The translations under genes and the position numbers were made by a program. A stretch of 64,000 bases of DNA from Candidatus Marinacidobacterales bacterium (lineage in GTDB: Bacteria; Acidobacteriota; Vicinamibacteria; Marinacidobacterales; SMYC01): the NCBI GenBank assembly GCA_965237955.1, contig OZ250169.1:2496001-2560000 (forward strand). The letters are read 5' to 3'. The first letter of the stretch is position 1. Each line of letters starts with the position of its first letter. Positions 42,250 to 52,727 of this stretch are shown one piece after another. The notes beneath the pieces were generated by a model, which was not told the DNA's origin, did no database searches, and worked only from the letters and a program-made list of their open reading frames with translations.

Positions 42250-45200
42250 ATGACCACGTGGCGGCAGCGTTTTATCCGTTTCCTCGGGTGGTGGATCGCT
42301 GCGTTCGCATCGTTTGTTGCGGCCATTCTTCTCGTGTTCGCGGTCTACTTGCTGTTCTTCGACTACCCGGAAATGCTTCGGGAAAAGCTCGAAATCGAGC
42401 TTTCGGAGATCGCCGGTGCTCCGGCCCATATTGGGTCAATCAACCTAGACATAACCAGCTACGCGTTCGAGCTCACCGACGTCTCCGTGGGAGGGAGGCG
42501 AGGCGACGGTGAGACTGAGAACGCAGAGAGCATTCTCACGCTCGAGCGCGTGTGGGGACGCCTGCGGCTTTCCGAGATCGTCCGGCTCCGCCTTCATTGG
42601 ACCGAGCTCGTCGTTCAGGGCCTGTCCGTCCGCCTCGTCGAGGGATCCGAAGGTGGGCTTGCGTTTCCGGGCGATGTGAGCGCGTCTCCGGCGTTGGCCG
42701 GCGCCCGGGTTGCGTTCTCGGCGGATCGGATCTCGCTCGAGGACGCGGTTTTCGTGCTTTCGAACGAGAACGTTCCGTGGCAGCTCGAGGCGTCGAACCT
42801 CGGGCTCGAGCTCACCCGCGATCGCGGCAATAGCTACAAAGGAACCCTTTCCTACGACGACGGTGTCCTTGTCATCAAAGATCACGCGCGCATCGAAGGC
42901 TCGGTGTCGGCTGAGATCGAGCTCTCGGCCGGTGAGCTGTTCGTACACGAAGCCCGGGGAGAGTCCGAGTTCGGTATCGTCACGGCACGGGGCAAGCTCG
43001 GCCTCGGTGGCGGTGGCGTACTCAGTGGTCGCTTCGACGTCGAGGCCGAGGGAGATCTCGAGCGTACGGCCAACTTGCTCGGACTCGAGCTCGATGAGGG
43101 AGCTCTGACGGGCGCGGCTCATTTCGAAGGCTCGCTCTCCATCACCCCCGACAACAGAAAACTCGAGGGAACGCTACAGTGGCCGGCGGGTCGGTTGCAC
43201 GGCGTGCCGATGCGCGATTGGACGGGCGACTTGTTCTGGGATCGCCAGCTGCTTCAGGTCAGCCTAGCGCAAGGTCAGCTAGCGTCGGGTCGCGCTCGCG
43301 TATCACTCCATCAAGCGTTACCGATGGCCGACCACCCGGCCGTGCTCGATCTCGACGTCACCGGAGCTTCTCTGAGCGAAATCCTCGCAGGCCTCTCCGG
43401 CCTCTCCGGAATGCCCGGCCGACCAAGCCCACTGGAGTCGAATGTGTCTGGACGGGCGAGCCTTCTCTTCCCGGCCGCGAGTCCGGACCGCATCGACGGC
43501 ACGTTCGAAGTGACGGGGACGATGCCAGCCGCAGGCCTTACTACTGAGGATGCAGATGTAGAGGGTGTCGCCTTCGTCGTATCGGGTCGCGTTAGCGAAG
43601 GTGACATCGAGCTGACGTCGGCCGAGGTGGAGACGGCGACGTTGACGGGAACGATGACGGGACTCTATCCACGGGAGGGCTCGGCCGAGCTCCTCGTGGA
43701 CATCCATTCGGTCGACCTCGCTCGCACGGATGAGCTCGCGCGCGACGTGAGGCGCCTGTTCCGCCTGTCCGGCCTGTCCGGCCTGTCCCGCACCGCCGAC
43801 GAACCCGATCCCGAAGCTTGGGGTATCGCGGGGCGGGGTCGGGCCCGCGGGCGGTTGACCGAGCGGCTTCCGCACCTCAGGTTCGAAGGTGCGCTCGAAG
43901 CGCCAGAGTTCCGCTTCGACCGACTTCGCGTGGACGACCTCGAGGCGCGTGCGGTGTTGTCTCGGGGTGCGCTCAGCTTCGAGGATCTTCTCGGGCATCG
44001 AAACGATGGTGTCGTTGCCGGGTCGGGCTCGTTTTCAGTCGAGGGGCCGATTGGATCGAGAGACTTCGACCTCGAACTGCGATTTTCCGAGTGGCCTGCC
44101 AGTGATTTGGCAACGCTCTTGGACTCGGCGGTCACCGCCGAAGGTCTCGCCACTGGTGACCTGGCACTTCGCCGGAGCTCGGGCGAGCTCGACGGTGTCG
44201 CCGAGCTCGCAGTCTCGCGGCTGGTGCTACTGGGAGCGTTATTCGATCGGGCAGAGGCGCGCGCGAGCTTCGCTGGAAAGAAGGTCGTGCTCGAGCAAGC
44301 TTCCGTCTTCCGCGGCGACGCCCGCTTCGAGGGCGCGCTTGAGCTGGATATTCAGACGGGTGCGGTTCAAGGAGAGCTATCGACTCGCGAGTTCCCACTC
44401 GACGGGAGCAACGTTTTCGGCCTCGAGCTGACCGGCTGGCTCGACGCCGAGGCCGCTCTCGCGGGCCACGTCGATGCGCCGGTCATCGATCTCACCGCCG
44501 AAGGCCGATCGCTGAATCTCGGCGGCGCTGCTTTGCCTGACGCGACGATAACCGCCACCATAGTGAATGAGGACCTCGAGCTCGACGTTCGTCTCGGGGA
44601 CGCGCACGCGCTCGAAGCCAGTGGCCGTCTTCGAGGCTACGCGCCGGTGTCGGGAACGCTCCGGTTCGTAGAGCTCGATGCCGGTCCGTGGTTCGCTCGC
44701 GTTTCCGAGAGCTTTTCCCAGACGACGCGCGTTCTCACGACCGGAAGCGCAAGATTCACCGCCGAGCTTCGGCGTGCGAGTTCGCTCGACATCGCCGCAA
44801 CGTTGACGCAAGTCGTCGTCCAAAGCGATCGCGTCCGCCTCGAATCGCTCGCGCCGGTGGAAGCTCGCTACCAGGACGGCATCCTTCACATGCCGTCTCT
44901 GACGCTCGCCGAAGGCTCGTCGCGCGTCGCACTCGGCGGGACGGTGAACTTCCTCGCGCGAAGCCTCGACCTTCGGCTCGAAGGCGTCACCGAGTTCGAC
45001 ATCGTCGAGACGTTTTACCCGAGCCTCGCCGCCACCGGTTCCGTCGACCTCTCGGCTCGGGTGACGGGGAGTTGGGACGCTCCGTCTCTTTCGGGGCGCG
45101 CGGATTTGGACGGGAGCTCGTTGCGACTCGAAGGGTTTCCGCAAGCTTTAGGGGGTCTTCGCGGTCGACTCGTCTTCGACAACCGAACGATCCGGATCCC

Positions 45201-46242
45201 CGAGCTTCACGCGGTCTTTGGCTCTGGCCCGGTGTTGTTTTCCGGCGCCGTCTCGCTCGAAGGCTTGTCGGCAGGCTCGATTGATCTCGCTGCTACCGGG
45301 AGGGGGATGCGACTGCGCTACCCGGAAGGATTAGTGGCGCAGCTCGACGCGGACCTCACTCTTCTCGGAAGTCGTGATGAGCAAGTCCTGAGCGGGCAAA
45401 TTACGCTCACCGACGCCGTGTGGACCCGAGACTACGATCTCGTCGCTGGCATCCTGAGTGACAGTGAAGGCGTCGGCCTGTTCGACGAGTTCGCCGAAGA
45501 CGAGCTGTTCGAGAACTTGAGATTCGATGTCGCCATCGTTGCGCCCGAGAGCCTTCGCTTGAAGAACTCTATAGCCGAGATCGACGCCAGCGCCGAGCTC
45601 GAGCTCCGCGGGAGTCTCGCGCAACCGGTGCTCCTCGGCACCACCGAGGCCCACCGTGGCGAGGTCTACTTTCTCGGCCAGCGCTACGACATTACCGCGG
45701 GGAAGATCGACTTCGTCGATCCGACCAAAGTCCAACCTTTCATCGAGCTCACCGCGGAGACGCGGGTTCGCAGCTATCGCGTCGAGCTGCGCTTGACGGG
45801 AACGAGCGATCGGTTCTACCCCGAGCTCAGCTCGGACCCACCGCTCAGGACGGTAGACATCTTGCGATTGCTCTCGGGCGCGAGCGAGCGCGACATCCTC
45901 ATCGGGACCGAGGAGGAGGAGCTTGCCGGCGTCGGCGTCGCATCGCTTCTGACCGAGCGTCTGTCGCAAGAGTTCGGCCGTCGCGCCGAGCGTCTGTTCG
46001 GGCTCGACCGCTTCAGCATCGATCCATTTCTCGTGGGCCAGATCGCGAACCCGACCGCACGCGTCAGTCTCGGGAAGCAAATCACGCGCGATCTCAGCAT
46101 CAACTACTCGACGAACCTGAACGCAACGACGGAAGCCATCATCCTCATCGAGTACACGCCCGAAGGCAACATGTCGTGGATTCTCTCTCGGGATGAAGAG
46201 GGGGATGTCGGCATCGACGTCAAGTTCCGCAAGAGCTTCTGA
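42250..46242 (+). CDS. tamB: TamB/AsmA-like translocation and assembly module protein
   Basis: N-terminal TM, long beta-rich body, C-terminal LSSDPPL..ILRLL and GLDRFSIDP region; adjacent to an Omp85 gene. Confidence 0.85.
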   Translation: MTTWRQRFIRFLGWWIAAFASFVAAILLVFAVYLLFFDYPEMLREKLEIELSEIAGAPAHIGSINLDITSYAFELTDVSVGGRRGDGETENAESILTLERVWGRLRLSEIVRLRLHWTELVVQGLSVRLVEGSEGGLAFPGDVSASPALAGARVAFSADRISLEDAVFVLSNENVPWQLEASNLGLELTRDRGNSYKGTLSYDDGVLVIKDHARIEGSVSAEIELSAGELFVHEARGESEFGIVTARGKLGLGGGGVLSGRFDVEAEGDLERTANLLGLELDEGALTGAAHFEGSLSITPDNRKLEGTLQWPAGRLHGVPMRDWTGDLFWDRQLLQVSLAQGQLASGRARVSLHQALPMADHPAVLDLDVTGASLSEILAGLSGLSGMPGRPSPLESNVSGRASLLFPAASPDRIDGTFEVTGTMPAAGLTTEDADVEGVAFVVSGRVSEGDIELTSAEVETATLTGTMTGLYPREGSAELLVDIHSVDLARTDELARDVRRLFRLSGLSGLSRTADEPDPEAWGIAGRGRARGRLTERLPHLRFEGALEAPEFRFDRLRVDDLEARAVLSRGALSFEDLLGHRNDGVVAGSGSFSVEGPIGSRDFDLELRFSEWPASDLATLLDSAVTAEGLATGDLALRRSSGELDGVAELAVSRLVLLGALFDRAEARASFAGKKVVLEQASVFRGDARFEGALELDIQTGAVQGELSTREFPLDGSNVFGLELTGWLDAEAALAGHVDAPVIDLTAEGRSLNLGGAALPDATITATIVNEDLELDVRLGDAHALEASGRLRGYAPVSGTLRFVELDAGPWFARVSESFSQTTRVLTTGSARFTAELRRASSLDIAATLTQVVVQSDRVRLESLAPVEARYQDGILHMPSLTLAEGSSRVALGGTVNFLARSLDLRLEGVTEFDIVETFYPSLAATGSVDLSARVTGSWDAPSLSGRADLDGSSLRLEGFPQALGGLRGRLVFDNRTIRIPELHAVFGSGPVLFSGAVSLEGLSAGSIDLAATGRGMRLRYPEGLVAQLDADLTLLGSRDEQVLSGQITLTDAVWTRDYDLVAGILSDSEGVGLFDEFAEDELFENLRFDVAIVAPESLRLKNSIAEIDASAELELRGSLAQPVLLGTTEAHRGEVYFLGQRYDITAGKIDFVDPTKVQPFIELTAETRVRSYRVELRLTGTSDRFYPELSSDPPLRTVDILRLLSGASERDILIGTEEEELAGVGVASLLTERLSQEFGRRAERLFGLDRFSIDPFLVGQIANPTARVSLGKQITRDLSINYSTNLNATTEAIILIEYTPEGNMSWILSRDEEGDVGIDVKFRKSF

Positions 46243-49133
46243 TGATCGCACCGAAATTCGCTCGGCGCTTCACCGGGGTGTTGTCCCTCACCGGCATCTG
46301 GGTGATTGCGGCGAGCGTAGCAGCGCAGCCTGAACGAAGCGCGACCGAGCGCTATCGCGGCATGGTGGTACGAGACGTTCTTCTCGCTTACGAAGGGGAG
46401 GAAATGCCGGAAGCCACACGCGCCCTCCTCGACCTCGCGCCGGGGGACCTCTACCGGCCGGATGCGGTGCGGCGCTCCATCCGTCAGCTCTTTGCTCTTA
46501 GCGCGTTCAGCGACATCAAAGTCGAAGCTGAGCGAGTGGGCGACGAAGACGCAGTCGACGTGCTGTTCCGTCTGTACCCAAGACTCGAAGTCCGTGCCGT
46601 CGAGATGCGGGGTCTCGATGCTGGGCTCAAGAGCCTCGAGGACCGCCTCATCGACGAAAGTAGGGTGAATCCCGGAGACCCACTCGATGTCGACGCCCTT
46701 GCCGCGGGCGCCGCGCGCATCGAGAACGTTCTTCGCGGAGAAGGCTATCTCTGGGCGACGGTGGAGCCGGAAGCGTCGGTTCAATCTTCGATGGCGGTCG
46801 TCGTTTTCCACATCGAGCCAGGCCGCCAGGCACAGATAGGCTCGGTCGAGATCTCGGGCGTCGCACCTTACGCGGCTACCCACATGCGCCGCGAGCTCGA
46901 CGTTGGTGAAGGAAGCCTCTATTCGCGATCCGAGATCGACGCGGGTGTGGACAAGCTGTCGACATCATGGCGTGAGCTCGGCTTCTACGGAGCTTCGGTC
47001 GAGGTCGAGGCGATCCCGGACGAGCGAGCGGACCGGGCACGGGTCGATCTCAAAATCGCGGTCGATATGGGGCCGCGCGTTCACATCGAGGTCGAAGGCG
47101 GCGATTTCTCCGACAAGACGATTCGAAAGCTCGTCCCTCTGTACGGAGAGACCTTGTTCACCGAAGATCTGATCGAGGAGTCGCGCGCCAACCTCGAAGG
47201 CTATCTGCGCGAGCGCGGTCACCGAGATGCTTCGGTTGCGATCGAGCGCGAGACCTTGGCCGAAGGCCGCTATCTGTACCTCCGCTTCCGCGCCGAACCG
47301 GGGCTTTCGTACGACGTCGTCGGGATCGAAATCGAAGGGCTCGACTCGATTGCCGAGGCTGATGTTCGTTCGTTGTTCGTGACGCGAACGACGCGTCGGT
47401 TCCGATCCGCCCCGTTTCAAGAAAGAGTTTGGCGACAAGATCTCGAGGCGGTTCAGAGCTACATGGAGCGTCAAGGGTTCCATCGCGCCTTAGTGACGAG
47501 TCGGGAGGAGGCGCCAGGGGAAGCACCCGGAAAGCTCAAGCTCGTCGCCGTCATCGATGAAGGACCCCGCGCGCTCATCGAGTCCGTCCAGGTCGAGGGA
47601 GCGTCGGCCCTCGACTCGGGCGCGGTCTTGAAAGCATCCGGGCTCTCCCCGGGCGCTCCCTTCGATGCCACCGGCGTCGTCGAAGCACGCGAGCGCATCG
47701 TGGCCCACTACTACGATCAGGGGTTTCGACAGGTCAACGTCCAGGCGCGAACGCTCATGGACGACGCTGGGACGCGTGCGGACATCGAGCTCCGCATCGG
47801 CGAAGGCCGGAGAACGCGGGTCGATCGCGTCATTGTTTCTGGATTGAGCGTCACCAGGGAGTCCGCCGTCCGAGGGCTCGTCACCGTCGAAAGTGGTGCG
47901 CCGCTATCGCGCGTCGACATTCTCGATACTCGCCAAAAACTCGTCGGCTCGGGTTTGTTCAAGAGCGTGAACGTCGAGGTCCTGCCCGCGGACCCGATCA
48001 CCAACCGCAGTGACGTTCTTATCTCCGTCGAAGAAGGCCCTCAAAGCACATTCGGCTATGGGTTCGGCTTCGAGGAGCAGCAGCTGCTTCGTGCCGAGGT
48101 CGAAGTCACGCGCAGGAATCTCTTCGGCCTCAACCGCACCATTAGCGTGTTTACCCGGGCGAGCTTTCGTGGCGGGCGTTTCATCACCACCTATCGCCAG
48201 CCCGACAGCATTTTTGAAAACCTTCCCTTGTTCGTGAGTCTTTTCGTCGAAGAGGAACAGCGGACCGGCTTCAAGTACAACCGTGCCGGTGTCGGCCTTC
48301 AGATTTCGAAACGACTCAGGGAAGATCAAACTCTCTTCTTTCGATACCGATTCGACAACACCGAAGTGTTCGATCGCCGCAACCTGGCCATCGACGAGAT
48401 CGATCGACGGTTTCAGCCGGTGCGTATCGGCGCGATCTCGGTCGCCTCCGTGACCGATCGGCGGGACGACCCTCTGAATCCCGCCGCGGGTCAGTTTCGC
48501 ATCATGGACGTGGAGTGGTCGACGAAGGCTCTCGGCACCGAAGCGCCGTACCTGAAAGGATTGGCGCGGCAATTTTTCTATCGGTCCCTACCCCACCGTA
48601 TGGTGGTCGCCGTCGGAATGCGTCTCGGCGTCGCCTACAGCTCGAACCGCCTTGAAGACGACCCAGAGTTCAGCATTCCCATCGTGGAGCGTTTCTTCGC
48701 CGGCGGCGCCACGACCCTACGCGGGTTCGCGCTCGATCAAGCGAGCCCGCTGCGAAACGTCATCGCCGAGGAAGATAATGAGCCGATTTTCGAGGACGAG
48801 GAGCACTTGATCGTCAAGGGAGATCCGGCCGGCGGCAACGTCATCTCACTTCTAAACCTCGAGCTTCGGTTTCCGATCTGGGGCAACCTTCGCGGGGTAG
48901 CTTTTTCTGATAGCGGTGCCGTGTACGGTGAGCTCTCGGACTTCACGTTCAGGGATTGGCGATACAACGTAGGGTTCGGCTTCCGTTACGACACGCCGTT
49001 CGGCCCGCTGCGTGTCGACTACGGGTTCAAGCTCGACCGGCGCACATTCAAATCGATCCACTGCCCGGACCAGAGGATAGCGTGCACCGAGTCCTTTGGG
49101 CGCTGGCACGTGAGTTTGGGACATGCGTTTTAG
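46242..49133 (+). CDS. BamA/TamA family outer membrane protein with multiple POTRA domains
   Basis: POTRA repeats, RRNLFG, FFAGGATTLRGF, TPFGPLRVDYG, SLGHAF end. Confidence 0.92.
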   Translation: MIAPKFARRFTGVLSLTGIWVIAASVAAQPERSATERYRGMVVRDVLLAYEGEEMPEATRALLDLAPGDLYRPDAVRRSIRQLFALSAFSDIKVEAERVGDEDAVDVLFRLYPRLEVRAVEMRGLDAGLKSLEDRLIDESRVNPGDPLDVDALAAGAARIENVLRGEGYLWATVEPEASVQSSMAVVVFHIEPGRQAQIGSVEISGVAPYAATHMRRELDVGEGSLYSRSEIDAGVDKLSTSWRELGFYGASVEVEAIPDERADRARVDLKIAVDMGPRVHIEVEGGDFSDKTIRKLVPLYGETLFTEDLIEESRANLEGYLRERGHRDASVAIERETLAEGRYLYLRFRAEPGLSYDVVGIEIEGLDSIAEADVRSLFVTRTTRRFRSAPFQERVWRQDLEAVQSYMERQGFHRALVTSREEAPGEAPGKLKLVAVIDEGPRALIESVQVEGASALDSGAVLKASGLSPGAPFDATGVVEARERIVAHYYDQGFRQVNVQARTLMDDAGTRADIELRIGEGRRTRVDRVIVSGLSVTRESAVRGLVTVESGAPLSRVDILDTRQKLVGSGLFKSVNVEVLPADPITNRSDVLISVEEGPQSTFGYGFGFEEQQLLRAEVEVTRRNLFGLNRTISVFTRASFRGGRFITTYRQPDSIFENLPLFVSLFVEEEQRTGFKYNRAGVGLQISKRLREDQTLFFRYRFDNTEVFDRRNLAIDEIDRRFQPVRIGAISVASVTDRRDDPLNPAAGQFRIMDVEWSTKALGTEAPYLKGLARQFFYRSLPHRMVVAVGMRLGVAYSSNRLEDDPEFSIPIVERFFAGGATTLRGFALDQASPLRNVIAEEDNEPIFEDEEHLIVKGDPAGGNVISLLNLELRFPIWGNLRGVAFSDSGAVYGELSDFTFRDWRYNVGFGFRYDTPFGPLRVDYGFKLDRRTFKSIHCPDQRIACTESFGRWHVSLGHAF

Positions 49134-49782
49134 ATCAGCCAGCGGCCATCGGCCGTCAGCCATCGGCCGCGGGCTTGCGGTCGCGTTGTTGTTGATCGTG
49201 GCTTCGGGTGGGGCTTTTGCCGAGCCTGAGTTGGTCGATCGGATTGTGGCGATTATCGATCGGGACGTCATCATGCTTTCCGAAGCAGAGCAGGCGATGT
49301 GGCTCGTCGAGCTCCGCACCGACGACGACGTGAGCTTGCGCGACGTCGTCGAGCGTTTGGTCGTAGCGCGGCTCATCGAGCACGAAGTGGCGCGGTTCAC
49401 CGACGCACCCGTTCCCGACGAGCTAGTCGAAGAGCAGCTCGCGCGAGTGCGCTCGCGCTTCCCGTCCGAAGAAGCTTTGGATACGATGCTCTCGAGCAGC
49501 GGGCTGAGCGAGGAGGAGCTTCGCTCCGAGGTGAGACGTCAGCTCACGGTGAACCGCTACTTAGAGCGACGCTTTCGCGCGTTGACGTACGTGACTGATG
49601 ATGACATCCAGAACTACTTCTCCGAGGAAGTTCTACCGGAGCTTGCCGACGAGCGTGAGCCTACGCTCGAGGAGATCGATCAGATCCGCCGCATCCTCGA
49701 AGAGCAGCGGTTCAACGAACGCGTCGAGCAATGGATCGACGGGCTGAAAAAGCGCTCGCGCATCCGGCTCTACGTTTGGTAG
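49123..49782 (+). CDS. SurA N-terminal domain protein (start uncertain)
   Basis: LVDRIVAIIDRDVIMLSE; WIDGLKKRSRI end; follows bamA. Confidence 0.8.
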   Translation: MRFRSASGHRPSAIGRGLAVALLLIVASGGAFAEPELVDRIVAIIDRDVIMLSEAEQAMWLVELRTDDDVSLRDVVERLVVARLIEHEVARFTDAPVPDELVEEQLARVRSRFPSEEALDTMLSSSGLSEEELRSEVRRQLTVNRYLERRFRALTYVTDDDIQNYFSEEVLPELADEREPTLEEIDQIRRILEEQRFNERVEQWIDGLKKRSRIRLYVW

Positions 49783-49796
49783 CGCGGCGTCAATCG
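49709..49796 (+). repeat. 88-bp direct repeat, left copy
   Basis: Matches 52640-52727 with 3 mismatches. Confidence 0.9.
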
Positions 49797-50816
49797 CGTC
49801 GTGTCCGAAAACACGAACGGAGCCGAAAGCTCGAATCGTAGAGGCGTTCTCGAAATTCGCGGAGACCAGCCGACGCGGCACCGGACCTGCGATAGGCGAT
49901 CCCGAGCAGACCTCACCTCCGGGCCATCCGTTCCGTCCAGCTTGCTTGCCAGAACTCCTATGCGGCGTCGCGGTGGTAACAACTGAGCAAGCCGCCCAAT
50001 CGCTTGCAGCAGCGCACGTTCCCCTGGCGTCTGCCGACGCGCTCGTCCGCTTCGGTCAGCGCGTTCTCCAGCCCTTGATGATTTCGCTCTTTATGATAAT
50101 GAGAAATGAATTCAGTGACGGCCCGGCGAAGCGATTGCTCACCGAAGAAGATCATCCGATTCAGGCACTCGCTTTTGATCGACAAATTCCCAATGGGCGG
50201 TCAGAAACGTGCGCCAGGGCGTCCGCTCACTTCTCTCGGGTGCGGGCTCGACGCCGTGCTCGCGCAAAATATTTGCGATGGTGCTCCTCGCAACGGTATG
50301 GCCGAGATTCGAGAGTGCGCCGCGAATTCTAGTGTACCCCCAGCGCGGATTGTCTTTCGCTAGGCGCACGGTGAGCTCGGTGAGCTCGACCATGACGCGC
50401 GGACGGCCCGCTCGTTTCCGCCGCGCGCTATAGTTCCACTTCCGCGCAATGAGCCTTCGGTGCCAGGCCAAGAGGGTTTCCGTTGTGACGATACCGGCGA
50501 CTTCTGCCAAGAGTTTCCGGCCGAGGGCCTTACCCTTTACCGCGAGCCGACGTCGCTCGTCGTCGGTGAAGCGAAGTTTCCTGCCGCGAAGCCGAGCTTT
50601 GAGGACTCTGTTCTCCTCGAGCAAGTAGACGATAGCGGCCTGTTGGTCACGCTGGATCCAACCAGCCACGGCGACGACCAAGAACGTCCAGGGTTGGATC
50701 GGCGTGCTCATGACGGTGCATTCTAGCTTCCCTTGGCGAAGCAAGCGTAGACGCGTCTATCCGAAACGCCCCGGCTGACGCGGGTCTTGAGTTCGTTCGT
50801 GTTTTTGGACAGGACG
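49797..50816 (-). mobile_element. IS copy 1 (integrase-core transposase, internally deleted)
   Basis: IRs CGTCGTGTCCGAAAACACGAAC / GTTCGTGTTTTTGGACAGGACG; protein remnants LLAWHRRLIARKW, NPRWGYTRIRGAL, SIKSECLNRM, RLGGLL. Confidence 0.85.
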
Positions 50817-50884
50817 GGACCTCCTTGGACTGGAGCGTATATCATGTGCCATCGGATCGGAATCGCTACCTGAGGAAGCAACCC

Positions 50885-52078
50885 ATGGCATTCGGAGTCG
50901 GATCGGAAGAGCGCATCGATCAGCAGCAGGCGGAGAGGAAGGTCGTCAGCGCCGTCACGGCGGAGACGGTGGTCGCGCTGGTGCTCGTCGCGGTGGCGTT
51001 TGCTGCGTTCGCATGGAAGATGGGTCTCGCCCACATGTTCGGAACGATGATGGCCACCGCGCACGACCTCATCTTGAACACGGTGCTCTTCCTGATGGGC
51101 GTGATCATCATCGCCGGCGCGTTCACGTCGCTCATCTCCGAGTTTGGCGTCGTGAGCATCGCCAATCGGGCCTTGTCTCCCCTCATGGGGCCGCTCTTCG
51201 GCCTCCCGGGGGCGACGTCGGTCGGCGTCGTGGCGACGTATCTGTCCGACAACCCCGCCATCATGCCCCTGAACGCCGACAAGGGGTTTCTAAAATACTT
51301 CAAGCGGTGGCAGGTGACGACGTTGGTGAACCTGGGGACCGTGTTCGGCATGGGCCTCATCGTCACGACGTTCATGCTGTCACAGTCCTCGGCGAGCGAG
51401 CCCTTGGGCCGGGCGGTGTTGCTCGGCAACATCGGTGCCATTCTCGGCGGCATCGTCGGCGTGCGACTCATGGGCCACTTCGGCAAGAAGCGATACGGCG
51501 CGGCCGAGGACGTGGTGTCCGGCGCCGAGGAGGGCTATGACATCTTGCGCTTTCGGGAGGTCAGGCCGGGAAACGTGCCGCAGCGGGCCCTGCAGGCGTT
51601 ACTCGACGGCGGACGGCACGGCGTCAAGACGGGGCTGGACATCATGCCCGGCGTCGTCATCATCACCACCACGGTCATGATGCTGGCGTACGGTCCCAAG
51701 GACGGTGTGTATACCGGGGCCGCCTACGAGGGCATCGCGTTCTTTCCCTGGATTGGCGCTCATTTTTCGTTCATCATCGAGCCGCTGTTCGGTTTCTCGA
51801 ATCCCGAGGCCATCGCGTTTCCCGTCACGTCGCTCGGGTCCGTCGGTGCCGCGATCGCCATGGTGCCCCAGTTTTTGGACACGGGCGTAGTCGACGCCAA
51901 GGGCATTTGTGTCTTCACGGCCATCGGTATTTGCAATGCCGGGTTCTTGAGCACGCACGTCGGCATGATGGACGGCATCAAGGAGCGCGACCTCACCAAC
52001 GTGGCCATTGCTACCCATTTTGCCGGCGGCTTGTGCGCCGGCATCTTCGGTCACGTGTTGTTCCTGCTGCTGGGTTGA
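50885..52078 (+). CDS. Polytopic membrane protein (CD0519/CD1768-like, Gate-domain putative transporter)
   Basis: SEFGVV...LSPLMGPLFGLPG...TYLSDNPAI and FPVTSLGSVGAAI; GAGGA RBS before ATG 50885. Confidence 0.75.
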   Translation: MAFGVGSEERIDQQQAERKVVSAVTAETVVALVLVAVAFAAFAWKMGLAHMFGTMMATAHDLILNTVLFLMGVIIIAGAFTSLISEFGVVSIANRALSPLMGPLFGLPGATSVGVVATYLSDNPAIMPLNADKGFLKYFKRWQVTTLVNLGTVFGMGLIVTTFMLSQSSASEPLGRAVLLGNIGAILGGIVGVRLMGHFGKKRYGAAEDVVSGAEEGYDILRFREVRPGNVPQRALQALLDGGRHGVKTGLDIMPGVVIITTTVMMLAYGPKDGVYTGAAYEGIAFFPWIGAHFSFIIEPLFGFSNPEAIAFPVTSLGSVGAAIAMVPQFLDTGVVDAKGICVFTAIGICNAGFLSTHVGMMDGIKERDLTNVAIATHFAGGLCAGIFGHVLFLLLG

Positions 52079-52163
52079 GCGTGGGGCGATGATGTCGCGA
52101 TCGATGCCCGTCTCCCGGGGTTCCGTCAAGTAGAGCTGGTCGCTGTTAGAACTTGACCGACCC

Positions 52164-52639
52164 CGTCGTGTCCGAAAACACGAACGGAGCCGAAAGCTCG
52201 AATCGTAGAGGCGTTCTCGAAATTCGCGGAGACCAGCCGACGCGGCACCGGACCTGCGATAGGCGATCCCGAGCAGACCTCACCTCCGGGCCATCCGTTC
52301 CGTCCAGCTTGCTTGCCAGAACTCCTATGCGGCGTCGCGGTGGTAATAACTGAGCAAGCCGCCCAATCGCTTGCAGCATCGCACGTTTCCGTGGAGACTG
52401 CCGACGCGCTCGTCCGCTTCGATCAACGCGTTCTCCAGCCCTTGATGATGATTTCGCTCTCTATGATAATGACAAATAAATTCGGTGACGGCCCGGCGAA
52501 GCGATTGCTCACCGAAGAAGATCATCCGATTCAGGCACTCGCTTTTGATCGACAAATGGCGAAGCAAGCGTAGACGCGTCTATCCGAAACGCCCCGGCTG
52601 ACGCGGGTCTTGAGTTCGTTCGTGTTTTTGGACAGGACG
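52164..52639 (-). mobile_element. IS copy 2 (476-bp deletion derivative)
   Basis: Near-identical to both ends of copy 1; only the transposase 3' end is retained. Confidence 0.85.
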
Positions 52640-52727
52640 GGTTCAACGAACGCGTCGACCAATGGATCGACGGGCTGAAAAAGCGCTCGCGCATCCGGCG
52701 CTACGTTTGGTAGCGCGGCGTCACTCG
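52640..52727 (+). repeat. 88-bp direct repeat, right copy
   Basis: Duplicate of the surA-like 3' end, intergenic spacer and GT stop. Confidence 0.9.

Larger units (their letters stand above)
49797..52639 (-). mobile_element. Composite transposon: two deleted rve-type IS copies flanking a membrane-protein gene
   Basis: Same IR pair at 49797/50816 and 52164/52639; outer 88-bp direct repeat. Confidence 0.82.
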
